Shown here: positions 1-12,061 of the stretch, piece by piece
How positions within the stretch are numbered: position 1 is the stretch's first letter
How the letters are laid out: the number at the start of each line of letters is the position of its first letter
Source of the DNA: Octopus sinensis
Taxonomy: Eukaryota
Direction of reading: 5' to 3'
Assembly: GCF_006345805.1 (NCBI RefSeq)
Contig: NW_021835233.1
Span: 186,001 to 250,000 of the forward strand
Length of the DNA stretch: 64,000 nt
Program-made: the position numbers and the translations under genes
Notes under the pieces: generated by a model
What the model was told of the DNA's origin: nothing
Databases searched by the model: none
What the model saw: only the letters and a program-made list of their open reading frames with translations

Positions 1-204
1 TCGAAAGGAACATATATGTATATGTCATCAAAGTGAGAGAGAGAGAGAGAGTGGGAGAAACAGGTGTGTTGTGGTAGGGGATATAAGTGGTTACTCTAGT
101 TGGGAAAGAGTGAAGTTAGTGGTGATGTGTCAGAGCTTATCCTCAGGTAACATTGTCACCATTCAATGTCTATTTTCCAAACTGAAAGAGGCCTGTCATA
201 TATG

Positions 205-235
<31 letters not shown>

Positions 236-849
236 ATATATATATATGTACATATATATGTATGTGTGTGTATAAGTTTATGTGTCTGTGTTTGTCCCCC
301 AACATCGTATGACAACTGACGCTGGTGTTTTCACATCCCTGTAACTTAGCGGTTCAGCAAATGAGACTGATAGAATAAGTGCTAGGCTTACAAAGAAGAA
401 GTCCTGGGGTTGATTTGCTCCACTAAAGGCAGTACTCCTGCATGGCCACAGTCAAATGACTGAAACAAATAAAAAAAAAGAAGAAAGAAGTGGCAAGGCA
501 TTTATAGTTAGAATGCTTTTTATCACAAACCTGTTGTGTGACCAGGGGCTAACCTGGGGTTAAACAACAGCAGTCAAAACAATGATCATTAGAATTATAG
601 ATAGAAGTATACAGAAAAAGTTTTGTATTCATTTTCTTTATATTACCTTCTTCACTATTCTGAAGGAGCTGTTATCAAGACAGGCTTTGGATAAGTCATA
701 CTTACCATTTTTCTCAGGAAGGTCATTGTTTATTGTCACATTTTGCTGAGAATTTTTTTATTTTCATTTATTTATCTATTTATTTTATTTTTTTATTTGC
801 TTGTTTGTTTTGGCTCTCTTTAAAATTTATTGCCCTCATAGTGATTTTC

Positions 850-1230
850 GCTTTTTCACTGCTGCTGCCAGCCGAAGACTATTTTCGTAGTCAGATAAAT
901 CTTTCAAGAAGAAACTTCTGTCCACAGTTATTGGGTGTGAAAACATTTCTTGTTTTCACAGCTCTCTCTCACCCTGTGATTTATGGCACAGAAGCCACGG
1001 AATGACGGCCTTTGATATATATTGCTTCCTGGGCCTCCGAGAAGCAAATGATGTTGTTCTTGCTGATAAATAAATATATCGATGATTTCTGTGCATTGTG
1101 ACGTCCATGCTTAGAGTTTGAAATACCGTTTTGAAGGTTTATTATGCGCGTTAGGTGTGCAGCCATGAAATGCTCCAATATGAGCAATGTAACAATTGAC
1201 AATATATATCAGCTTCTACGGCAACCACAT
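850..1230 (-). pseudogene. Possible hATm-like DNA transposase C-terminal remnant
   Basis: One minus frame gives KQYISKAVIPWLLCHKSQGERAVK, resembling the PCHxQxVERxVK motif. Heavily disrupted. Confidence 0.3.
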
Positions 1231-1958
1231 TGACCTTTTTTGGTTTGCAGATTTGCTTGTGATGTGTGTGTGTGTGTGTGTGTGTGTTTATATGTATGTA
1301 TTTATATATGCGTGTGTGTATATGTGTGTGCATGTGTGTGGGTGTGCATGTGTGTGTGTGTGTGTGTATGTATGTATAAATATGTATGTATATCTATACG
1401 TACATACATATACATGTATATATACGTGTGTATGTGTGTATGTATGTACATATATCTGTACATCGGCATTTGCCATGATAGATTGCTAGGCACTAAACCT
1501 TTTTCTATTTTCTCTCTGTGTTCCTTTTTGTCGAAGAGTGTAGGTGTGTTTACATCCCTGTAATTTAGCAGTTTAGCAAAAGAGACTGATAGAATAAGTA
1601 CTAGGCTTACAAAAAATAAATCCCGGGGTCGATTTGCTGAACTAAAGGCGGTGCTCCAGCATGGCCACAGTCAAATGACTGAAACAAGTAAAAGAGTATT
1701 ACTAGATGTCTTTTCCAGGTGGTACTATTAAGTTAGCTACGGCCTGGGCCAGTGTGGCCAAAACCTATCTAAGAATCTGAGTATACATTTTTATTGACTC
1801 CACTGTATTCTGCATCTCACTCATCTTCACTTTGACTGAAGTTATTCTAGTTTCTTCCACATGTGAACAATATGTCAGATATCCTTATCTTTTATCGGAA
1901 CTTTTTTTTGCATAATATTGTAAAAACAAAAGAAGAATGTTCACCTTTTTGTCTTCAG

Positions 1959-2077
1959 GGATTCGTAGTTGGTTTTTCTGGTTCGAGAATCTTCACTCTT
2001 AAAATGAATGCCATAACTACAATAGATGTTCCGCTCTCAGCGCCGATGTACCAGTATGTGGAAAAGAAGCTGTATTT
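1959..2077 (+). CDS. IFT122: IFT122 internal exon (window exon 1)
   Basis: ttcag|GGA...TT|gtgagt. Encodes GFVVGFSGSRIFTLKMNAITTIDVPLSAPMYQYVEKKLY, matching recalled human IFT122 GFVVGYNGSKIFCL...SAPMYQYLDRKLF. 119 nt, phase 0 to 2. Confidence 0.95.
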
Positions 2078-2309
2078 GTGAGTTTTACATCTTTTTTTCA
2101 TGTTTTTTTTTTCTGTTTTTTGTTTTTTGTTTTTACATCTTTGATTGCACAAGGTATCTGAGCTAAGAAAAACGGATGTGTTTAGGTATTATATTTAGAT
2201 GCACACTTGGCTGTGTGGTTAATAATCTTGCTTTGAAACTGTGTGATTTTGGGTTCGGTCCCAATGTGTGCATCTCAAGCAAGTCCTGGCCTGACCTATG
2301 TCTTCTTAA

Positions 2310-2529
2310 CCCTTTCATTACTGTATTTATTTTGAGATGCTCTGTGTTTATTTCAAGTACTTTAAATATAGCAAAGAATTTAGTAAAATAACTTAGTTCT
2401 CATTCATCTAGTGTTAGGAACATATATTGTGACTAAGGTTTGGTGGAAGATTTTAATTCAAAACTTATGAAAATAAGACATTTGTACTCAGAGCCAGAGC
2501 TGGTTTCAGTTGGGTTGGTATCAAAAAGG
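2310..2529. mobile_element. piggyBac-type MITE
   Basis: TTAA|CCCTTTC...AAAAAGG|TTAA, about 220 bp; homologous to 10579-10800. Confidence 0.8.
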
Positions 2530-2560
2530 TTAAGTATTATTTCTCTATTATATATTTTAA

Positions 2561-2781
2561 CCCTTCTGTCAACATATTTCTGTTGAGATGCTCTGTGATT
2601 CTTTCAATTAATTATAAATATAACAAAGAATTTAGTAAAATAACTTAGTTATCATCAAGCTAGTGTTACGAACATAAACTGTGACTAAGGTTTAGTGGAA
2701 AATTTTAATTAAAAATTTATGTAAACAAGACATTTGTACTCAGAGTCAGGGCCAGTTTCAGCCAGGTTGGTAACGAAAGGG
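2561..2781. mobile_element. piggyBac-type MITE (second of tandem pair)
   Basis: TTAA|CCCTTCTG...GTAACGAAAGGG|TTGT; same family. Confidence 0.8.
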
Positions 2782-3081
2782 TTGTGAATTTGAAAAGCAG
2801 AAACTATGGGGAATCCTCTTACTAACCAAAGCCTTGTGAGTGGATTTGGTAGACTGGAATTGAAAGCAGCCTATTGTAAAAAGTTCCCCTGCTGGTGCTA
2901 CGTAAAAAAGCTCCCCGAACACTCTGTAAAGTGGTTGGTATTAAGAAGGGCATTTAGCTGTAGAAACCATGTCAAAGCTGGCAATAGAAGCCTGGTGCAG
3001 CTCTCAGGCCTGCTAGCTCTTGTCAAACTGTCCAACCCATGCCAGCATGGAAAATGGATGTTAAACGGTGGTGGTGGTGGC

Positions 3082-3112
<31 letters not shown>

Positions 3113-3709
3113 GTGGCAGTGGTGGTGACGGTGGTGATGATGACAATGATATGCTTGTGTGTGTTATTGTCCTGGCATCACATGGTGGTCGTAAATAGAG
3201 CGTCGCTCTGATACAAGTGGTGTCGTTCTTTTCCAGTCTTCCATGAGAAAAAGACACGTCTGTCCATGGAGAAATGTGGGGGACATGAGGATGGGGGGGA
3301 CAGAGACATCATCCTGCTAAAGAAAATTCTTTCTGACCCATGCAAGCATGGGAAAGTTGATGTTAAATGACAATGATGATGATGATGATGATGATGAAGT
3401 GTATATGTGTGTGCCTGCATGTGTGTGTGTGTGTGAGTTTGTGCTCCAATTGATTACCAATGTTGGTTTGTTTGCATCCCTGTAATGTAGCAGCTTAGCA
3501 AAGGAAAATTATAGAATAAAGACAAGAGAATACAGTACTAAACTTAAAGATAAGTCCTGGGATTAATTTGTGTTATCAAAACCTTCAGGGCAGTGCCCCA
3601 GCATGGCCACTGTCCAGTATAAGAAAGAAGTAAAAAAATCAAAGATAAAACATTTGACCCTTAAAAAATGTAGTAGAAATTGTAGTTGTTATTTTTTTAG
3701 TTTTTATTT

Positions 3710-4140
3710 GTTTCAGTTACCTGACCGGCTCCCTGTGCAGGTGGAATGTAAAAAGTACCATTGGACCATGGTCGATGCCAGTGCCACCTGACTGGCTCCT
3801 GTGCCGGTGGCAGGTGGCACGTAAAAAGCACCATTGGACCATGGTTGATGCCAGTGCCACCTGACTGGCTCCCGTGCAGGTGACATGTAAAAAGCACCAT
3901 TCAAGCGTGATTGATGCCAGTACCGCCTGACTGACTCCCATGCTGGTGGCACATGAAAAGCACTATTCAAGCGTGGTTGATGCCAGTACCGCCTGACTGG
4001 CCTTCATGCCAGTGGGACGTTAAAAGCAACCACTACACTCTCGGAGTGGTTGGCATTAGGAAGGGCATCCAGCTGTAGAAACTTTGCCAGATCAGATTAG
4101 AGTCTGGTGCAACCTTCTGGCTTGCTAACCCTCAGTCAAA
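3710..4140 (+). mobile_element. (GAT)n-tailed non-autonomous retroelement family (RTE-like 3' end) with five ~66-bp 5' monomers
   Basis: GGAAGGGCATCCAGCTGTAGAAAC...GATCAGATT core; monomers start at about 3710, 3776, 3849, 3915 and 3981. Confidence 0.65.
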
Positions 4141-5637
4141 CTGAGGAAGAATTTTAATTAAAGGAACTGACACCAGTACTTGTCTGGTGTTCTTATTCTG
4201 GTGGCCTAATTTGTTGAACCCCTAAGCTACAGGGACATAAATACAACAACACCGTAGGTGGAGGACAAACAGACGCACAAAGTCACACAACACACACACA
4301 AACACACATATATGACAAGCTTCTTTCAGTTTCCATATACCAAATCCACTCACCAGGCTTTGATTGGCCCAAGGCTAGAGTAGAAAACTTTGCTCAAGGT
4401 GCCATCCTGTGGAACCCAGAATCATGTGGTTGGGAAGCAAGTCTCTTACCACACAACCACGCAAACCTTTTGAATTTCAAGCTCTTACGGCGTAGAAAAC
4501 TACATTGGAAATAACATGCGACACAATAATTAGTGTTTCCATAGAATTTTCTGGAATTCTCTTTATATTTATTTATGCATATTTATTTGTGTGCCTTGCA
4601 GTAGATGCCCTTTCTAATTCCATCATGAAATGGGAATGGTATTGATTTTGCAATCAGGCTCTCTAGAACAATTAGGGAATTGTGCATTTCTCGAGGAAAG
4701 AAAGCAATTCTTACAGCAAACACGTGACCCTTGTGGCCCCGCAGGCATAAATCATCCGTACATAATGCCATTTTGTTTGGAAACAGAGTTCAATAATAGT
4801 TCTAAGATGCACCGTATATCTTCGGAAATGGGATTGGAATTTGAGAATATCAATTGTAATTACCAGGTAGATTCGAGAACATCACCGTAGTTCTGAGACG
4901 ATCATGCTGGATAATCAGCGATACTTCAAATGCAACACGGAAAGTGAAGGATAGAAAAGAAAGCAGTTTATTTTCCCCATGTGCAAATTACGCGACCTAA
5001 CTACTAATCTGCATTCTGTTGAAGCTTAGTCATAAGTTTTATTTGATTCAAATCAATCCAGCCTCCACCTTCCTTCCTTCCTTCCTTCCTTCCTTCTTTC
5101 TTTCTTTCTTTCTCTCTCTTTCTCGTTGGTGAGAAAAGCATGTTAAAATAAAGTCTTGTTAGCTAAAGAAACAAATTTAAGCATCATCATGAGACTCACA
5201 TAATGTCCACTTTTTTTCCTGCTGGCATAGGGTCAAACAGAATTTGTTTGAAACAGATTTTTTTTAGGGTCTGATGACCTATGGTCTGTCAACATACCTT
5301 ACTTGTAACCATGCAAGTTAACACTTGCCCATCGCAAGACAGTTTTTTGTTTTATCTCAGGGAAACTGGAAACGAAGAACCTTGCTTGTACAATGATGAT
5401 GCTCATTCACAACCATCATGTGGTGTATAAACAAGGGCACACACATCCATACACACACACACACCACACACACACACACACACTTATACATACATGCATA
5501 CACACACACATATATATATGTAATTATATATATATATATAATTATAATTAAGCGTATCTAAAAGATACCACCATGCTAGAGATAGCAGTCAAAACTTGAC
5601 TCTATAACCACATCAAGTGTTCATGCAGTGAGTATGT

Positions 5638-5688
<51 letters not shown>

Positions 5689-6195
5689 TTGTAATTATGT
5701 ACTTTCTGTGTATATCCCACACATATATCGCACACATACACACACCCACATATTCATATAGGACATGCACTCAGACGCGTGTACATACACACACAGATGC
5801 ATGCATGCAAACACACACACACCCATTCATGCACGCAAACACACACACACATTCATGCATGCAGAGGTACTTACAGCACTTAGACACATGAACGCACGCG
5901 CACACACACACACACACATAAGCAAACACCCACAAAAACACACACACACATCACACATTTCATGCATGCACATGTATTCACAACACTTAGACATATGAAC
6001 GCACGCACGCACGCACAAACACACACACACATACACAAACACACACACAAACACACACACACGCATTCATGCATTCACTTGTACTCACAACACTTAGATA
6101 CAAACACATGCATCGTGGCTATTTATTTCAAAGGTAGATTTTAATAATTTCTTTCCCGTGTATTGCACCTGTTCCTTTTCTCTTCCTTTCAACAG

Positions 6196-6349
6196 AGAAG
6201 CCTGCAACATTGCCTGCCTTGGTGTAACTGATACAGATTGGGACGTCCTTGGACAACAGTCACTGGAGGCTCTAGATTTGGACACGGCCAAGAAAGCATT
6301 CATACACTCCCAGAATTATCCATATTTGGAATTAATACAGAATATTGAG
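6196..6349 (+). CDS. IFT122: IFT122 internal exon (window exon 2)
   Basis: aacag|A GAA...GAG|gttgat. [51 protein letters not shown] matches [15 protein letters not shown]...[21 protein letters not shown]. 154 nt, in frame with neighbours. Confidence 0.95.
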
Positions 6350-6406
6350 GTTGATATTTCTGTCACATTGTTTCATGAAATTTCTCTTTGCTTCTTTCAT
6401 TGTAAT

Positions 6407-6776
6407 GGTGTCATGTCTTTTCATCTGACGTCATTTCGTTAAACATCTTTTCCTCTGACGTCACTTTGTTAAACATCTTTTCGTTTGACGTCACTTTGTC
6501 AAATGTCTTTTTGTTTGATGTCACTTCGTCAAACGTCTTTTCATCCGACATCTTTTTGTCCAATGATTTTTTTGTTGTCCAATGACAAATCCTATCAATA
6601 AAATTCTCAATTGTTATTTGATTTTGATGTTCACCTTATTTTTGAAGGAGTTTATTTAAACATCAACAAAAAAAATCATTGGACAAAAGAAATCATTCGA
6701 CAAAAAGATGTTGGACCAAAAGACATGGACGAAGTGATGTGAAACAAAGTGACATCGGACAAAAAGTCAGGTCACA
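6407..6776. mobile_element. Foldback/MULE-like MITE with subterminal tandem repeats
   Basis: 9-bp direct repeat CATTGTAAT at 6398-6406 and 6777-6785. 30-bp-period repeats in the left arm are mirrored, inverted, in the right arm. Confidence 0.65.
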
Positions 6777-7605
6777 CATTGTAATATATTGTAGTGTGAA
6801 TACAGGTGCTATGTAGTATATTGGTTTCAAATTTTAGCACAAGGCCAGCAATTTTGGGGGGTGGGGAAGTAAGTCAGTTATGCTGACCCCTGTGTTCAAC
6901 CTGAAAAGACGAAAGGCAAAGTTGACCTTGGTGGAATTTGAACTCAGAAAATACCATAAATGGACAAAATACTGCTAAGCATTTTACCCTGTGTGCTAAT
7001 GATTTTGTCAGCTTGCCACCTTAGTGCAATGCAATGTATTGTAGTGTGATTATATGGTTATGGTGTGTGCTCAAGGAGTTTCAAGTTCAATCCCAATGTG
7101 TGGCACTGTGGGCAAGTGTCTTCTATTATAGTCTCGAGCCAGCTGAAGACCTGTAAGTGGATTTGGTAGATGGAAAGTGAAAGAAGCCCAGTATTTGTTT
7201 GTTTGTTTGTTTGTTTGTATAAATGTGTGTATGAATGTCATTGTTTAGTTTTATTTCAAGATTTCTTTGCAATAGAGAAAGAGCTGGTTTCTAGCCTAGA
7301 TCCAAGGCTCCTTCATTGGAATTTCAACATCAACAACAGGGTATTTTTGTTTGTATGTATATACATATATGTGCAAATTTGTATGCTTTGCCTTATCTAT
7401 GTATTCTCATGCATATACTTGCATATCTAGACATGATCATGTATATTTAAATGATAGACTTCTGGGAAGTTTTGCAGATTTTTACATTTCCAGTGATGGA
7501 TTGGATCTGTAGTCTTCGAATTAGCTTTCTCCTTTATGGTTTTCAGAAGTCTAATTTATCAAGATTGGTATTTAGGCAGTGTGTTGGATGTATGTATGTA
7601 TGTGT

Positions 7606-7910
7606 GGAGGCACAATGGCCAGTGGACTTGTGGTCGGGGGATCCCGTTTTTGATTCCCAGACCGGGTGTTGTGTGTGTTTATTGAGCGAAAACACCTGAA
7701 GCTCCACGAGGCTCCGGCAGGGGGTGGTGGTGACCCTGTTGTACTCTTTTGCCCCAACTTTCTCTCACTCTCTCTTCCTGTTTCTTGAGTAACATTGCGA
7801 TGGACTGGTGTCCCATCCAGCTGGGGGGAACACATACACCACAGAAACCGGGAAACCGGGCCCATGAGCCTGGCTAGGCTTGAAAAGGGCGCATAAATAA
7901 AAAAAAAATG
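7606..7910 (+). mobile_element. tRNA-derived SINE family C (Meta/V-domain-like core)
   Basis: A-box-like TGGCCAGTGG; core GCGATGGACTGGTGTCCCATCCAG...ACAGAAACCGGGAAACCGGGCCC; A-rich end. Confidence 0.55.
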
Positions 7911-8075
7911 TATGTATGCATGTACATTCGTGTGTACATATGTCTGTATGTATGTGAGTGTATAATGTTTAAATGTTTGTGGGTACATGTGTATCCTTGT
8001 CTGGATACTGTGTGATAGTTGTGAAGGAATGTTGTTGTCATACAAGAAGTGCTTCTATTTCCAATATTCTTTGTA

Positions 8076-8610
8076 AGGAGTCGCTGTGTGGTAAGTAGCT
8101 TGCTTACCAACCACATGGTTCCGGGTTCAGTCCCACTGTGTGGCACCTTGGGCAAGTGTCTTCTACTATAGCCTCAGGCCAACCAAAGCTTTGTGAGTGG
8201 ATTTGGTAGATGGAAACTGAAAGAAGCCCATCGTGTATATGTATATATATATATATATATGTACGTATGTGTATATGTGTGTGTGTCTGTCTGTTCCCCC
8301 AACATCGCTTGACAACTGATGCTGGTTATATATATATGTGTGTGTGTGCGTGTGTGTGTGTGTGTGTGTGTGGATTTGTGTGTCTGTGTTTTTCCCCCTC
8401 ACCATCACTTGATAAACCATGTATGTGTGTGTATGTGAGTGCTTGTTGGTATGTTTATGTCACTGTAACTTAGCGGTTCGGCAAAAGAGACCGATAGAAT
8501 AAGTACTAGGCTTATGAAGAATAAGTCTTGGGGTCGATTTGCTTGACTAAAGGTGGTGCTCCAGCATGGCCCACAGTCAAATGACTGAAACAAGTAAATG
8601 AGTAAAGAGT
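8076..8610 (+). mobile_element. tRNA-derived SINE family A (most abundant), full copy
   Basis: Head GCTGTGTGGTAAG...GGTTCAGTCCC (A/B-box-like), CCTTGGGCAAGT core, central microsatellite, tail TAACTTAGCGGTTCGGCAAAAGAGACCGATAG...GAAACAAGTAAA. Confidence 0.8.
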
Positions 8611-8749
8611 ATATTTGGCCTTGGGGGATGGATATTATCTTGCTTGGAATCAGGTGGGGGTGTTGGTAATAGGGAGGGTATCTAACTGTAGAAAATCAGC
8701 TTCACTCAACTGCATCTGACCCATGCAAGCATGGAAAAGAGGGCATTAA

Positions 8750-8780
<31 letters not shown>

Positions 8781-9348
8781 CTATTGATTAAAAAAAAAAT
8801 TTCCTCTAAAAGCATCACTGAAATTCTTTAAATGTGAATGCTATTTCCAAAAGCAATTTCCACAGCCATGTCAGACTTATGCAAATTAGTGACCTGATTG
8901 CTAAACCAGATCTTCGTCTAAGGAAATGAAAAATGTTAATTACTACCATTTACTTTGTCCAGGACTAAAATTTGAAACTAAAATTTGAAAAAAAAGAGAT
9001 TAGTTTACTTTTTTCATTTTTATGTGTCTGGTAGACCTAAACTTAATTTATAGTCTAACCTAGTTGGCTACACAATTCACTATGTTGTAATTAAATTCAT
9101 ACACAACTTGATTAGCTAAAATATTAATCTAAAGTATTTAGTTGACCTGCAGTTATAATTAAGACATCTTTAACTAAAATGTTGACATACTAACAGAATA
9201 TTACTGTGAAAATTTAGTCTGGGGTATTATCTTTCATTGTCTGTATTTGTTTAGTCTGTTATGTGTTGTGTGGGTATGTGTGTGTGTGCATGTGTGTGTA
9301 TATATGTATATATATTTGTACATATATAAATCTGTGTCCATATCTGAA

Positions 9349-9393
<45 letters not shown>

Positions 9394-9561
9394 CACATTA
9401 CGGAGATGTACTTGCATAGCAAGTGATTTGATACATACATACAGGCGTACATACATACATACATGCATGCATGCATACATGCGTGTATACATACATACAC
9501 ACATACATACGTACATATATATAATGAACTAACCGTTACTTTCTCAGATGCAGCACGGATT

Positions 9562-9612
9562 TTTGTCAGTGAACAGGTCGCGGTCCTAAAGCGACGAAAA
9601 TATTTTGACAAA
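9562..9612 (+). ncRNA. Minimal type-I hammerhead ribozyme motif, G3-C8 core variant
   Basis: Stem I UUUGUCA/UGACAAA (7 bp). Core GUGAACA plus an extra G. Stem II GUCGC/GCGAC, then GAA. Palindromic helix III AAUAUU; H17=U. Confidence 0.75.
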
Positions 9613-9847
9613 TTAAACTTAAATGTTGAAGTGAATCAAATGGCTTTTGTGTGTTTCTTAAATTGCTTACAAGCACCTTCCACGCTGCAATTGTTTATAT
9701 ATATACACATTTACACATATACATATACCCATACATATATATTCATACACGCTTATTATATATTTGTATATATATAGATATACACAAGTTGGATTTGAAC
9801 CCTATGTACATAATTATATGCATATATATATATATGCATGTATATAT

Positions 9848-9878
<31 letters not shown>

Positions 9879-9932
9879 CATATACATAAATACATACATA
9901 TATACATATACATACATGCATACATACATACA

Positions 9933-9963
<31 letters not shown>

Positions 9964-9976
9964 CTATATATACATA

Positions 9977-10031
<55 letters not shown>

Positions 10032-10087
10032 CACGTATTTGCACATACATCCATTCATTGATGCACATCTTGATATAAACTTAACAG

Positions 10088-10249
10088 GACCGAAGGAAAT
10101 GCGGAGAAACCGATAATCTTGTGTTCCTTGCTGATATTTATGCTCACAAAGGGAAATTCCAAGAAGCAGCCAAACTCTACAAGAAAGCTGGCCAAGAACA
10201 CAGAGCAATGTCTATGTTTTCGGATCTCCGAATGTTTGATTATGCAAAG
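10088..10249 (+). CDS. IFT122: IFT122 internal exon (window exon 3)
   Basis: taacag|GAC...AAG|gtaatt. DRRKCGETDNLVFLADIYAHKGKFQEAAKLYKKAGQEHRAMSMFSDLRMFDYAK. 162 nt, phase 0/0. Missed by the ORF track. Confidence 0.95.
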
Positions 10250-10578
10250 GTAATTTCTGCTAAGCTTTCTCCTACCTTTTCTTTTTTTAAATAATCCTTT
10301 AACTTCTCAAGAAAGTCTTTCTGTTGCTAGAATGGCACTGTTTGTGCCACCTTATCCTGACATTTTGTCATTGAAGTAAATCAGTGTCTTCATCCATCAT
10401 ATACAAGATATATTTTATTTCCAATCTTCCCTGAAAACATGTCTGGCCGTGAAGTATTATTGCCTTTGTTGGATACGAGTGAAGGTTGGTGACAGAAAAG
10501 GTATTTAACCATGAAATCGTCTACCTTGATGAATCCTGCTCTACCTGACCCATGTGATCATGAAAAAGGGGACATTAA

Positions 10579-10800
10579 CCCTTTCGTTACTGTATTTATT
10601 TTGAGATGCTCTATATTTCTTTCAATTAATTTTAAATATAACAAAGAATTTAGTTAAATAACTTAGTTCTCATTCAGCTAGTGTTAGGAACATAAATTGT
10701 GACTAAGGTTTGGTGGAAGATTTTAATTCAAGACTTTTGAAAACAAGACATTTGTACTACAGAGCCAGAGCCGGTTCCAGCCTGGTTGGTAACGAAAGGG
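10579..10800. mobile_element. piggyBac-type MITE
   Basis: Perfect TIR CCCTTTCGTTAC/GTAACGAAAGGG with TTAA on both sides. Confidence 0.9.
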
Positions 10801-10826
10801 TTAAAAGGATGATGAAGAAGAGGATA

Positions 10827-10865
<39 letters not shown>

Positions 10866-11087
10866 ATACTGCTGCTGATGATGGTGGTAGTGATGATGAT
10901 AATGATGTGCTGATAATTCCAATATTTTCACTATTATATTGTATTACTAAAGCTAGTTCTGCTTTCCTTCATGCAAATGTGTGAGTCTGTGTGTGTGTAT
11001 AACTATTCTAAATTACACCTGTTAACACCTGTGACTTAAGAATGTACTATAATAATGTCTCTGTTAATTTCTTATTATTGCATCTAG

Positions 11088-11254
11088 GAATATATTGGCT
11101 CAGGTGCCGCTGCGGATGAACGTCAGCTAATCAGCAAACAGGCAGACTGGGCCAAGAGCAGCAACGAACCCAAAGTTGCAGCTGAAATGTACATGGCAGC
11201 TTCAGAATATACCAAAGCGGTTCAAATTATGGGAGAGCATGGTTGGTCGGATAT
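11088..11254 (+). CDS. IFT122: IFT122 internal exon (window exon 4)
   Basis: tctag|GAA...AT|gtaagt. EYIGSGAAADERQLISKQADWAKSSNEPKVAAEMYMAASEYTKAVQIMGEHGWSD(M). 167 nt. Confidence 0.95.
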
Positions 11255-12061
11255 GTAAGTATTCTGTTCCTACATTTGGCATTATTGTTATTTTACAGAA
11301 TGAACACTCTGTTTGCAAAAAGACATTGTCTTGTAGTATCAAAGGTACTTTTTAGCGTTTGTTTTGGTGTTTTGTTCTTTATTCCTATCATTGTCATAGT
11401 TTAACCTCCGCTTTCCATGCTAGCATGGGTTGGACAGTCCAACTGAGGACCGGCAAGCAAGTAGGTTGCACCAGGCTCTAGTCTGATCTGGCAAAGTTTC
11501 TACAGATGGATGCCCTTCCTAACACTGACCATTCTGAGAGTGGGTGCTTTTTATGTGCTACCGGCATGGGAGCAGATCAGGGGGCATTGGCATTGACCAT
11601 GTTCATTTCCTTCAATACAGTTCCCCATTCACTCAGTTGTGGGGGTCTTCTCACCAAGTCCTGGTTTTATGAAAAATGCACCTAGAACAATCTGTGAAGT
11701 ACTCTTGGCGTTAGGGTGGGCACCCTGCTGCCGAAACCATACTAGACATTACAGCTTGGTGTGGTCCTCTGACTCATTAGCTCATATCAAACCATCCAGT
11801 GCATGGAGCAAGGGGCATAAAGTGATGATGATAATGATGATGATGATGGTGACGATTTCAACAGTGGTCTTCATTTTTGAGCTCGTAAGAATAATCACTC
11901 CAAACTCAATCTAGAGGGCTTTTATCTTTCCCTTTCTTTCTTTTAACTTGCAAGTTACTTGGTGTCATGATAAATAAAAAAAAAACCCAAAAAGTGATTG
12001 GGATTAGGAAAGACATCTAGTTGACATTTGGACCTGATGCATCTCTGTGGCTCATTGGACC

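Noticed and set aside
3710-4030. CRISPR-like repeat-spacer appearance
   Set aside because: Units are contiguous tandem monomers without unique spacers, in a eukaryotic intron with no cas genes.
4885-4945. GCTG/CAGC hairpin preceded by CTGAGACG
   Set aside because: Neither core strand matches a hammerhead; too degenerate.
5270-5300. CTGATGA followed by a CC/GG hairpin
   Set aside because: No GAAA, stem I or stem III; it lies in a decayed retroelement tail.
9548-9576. Apparent mini-exon ctcag|ATG...CAG|gtcgcg
   Set aside because: 29 nt would frameshift between phase-0 exons 2 and 3, has no IFT122 similarity, and is better explained by the hammerhead module.
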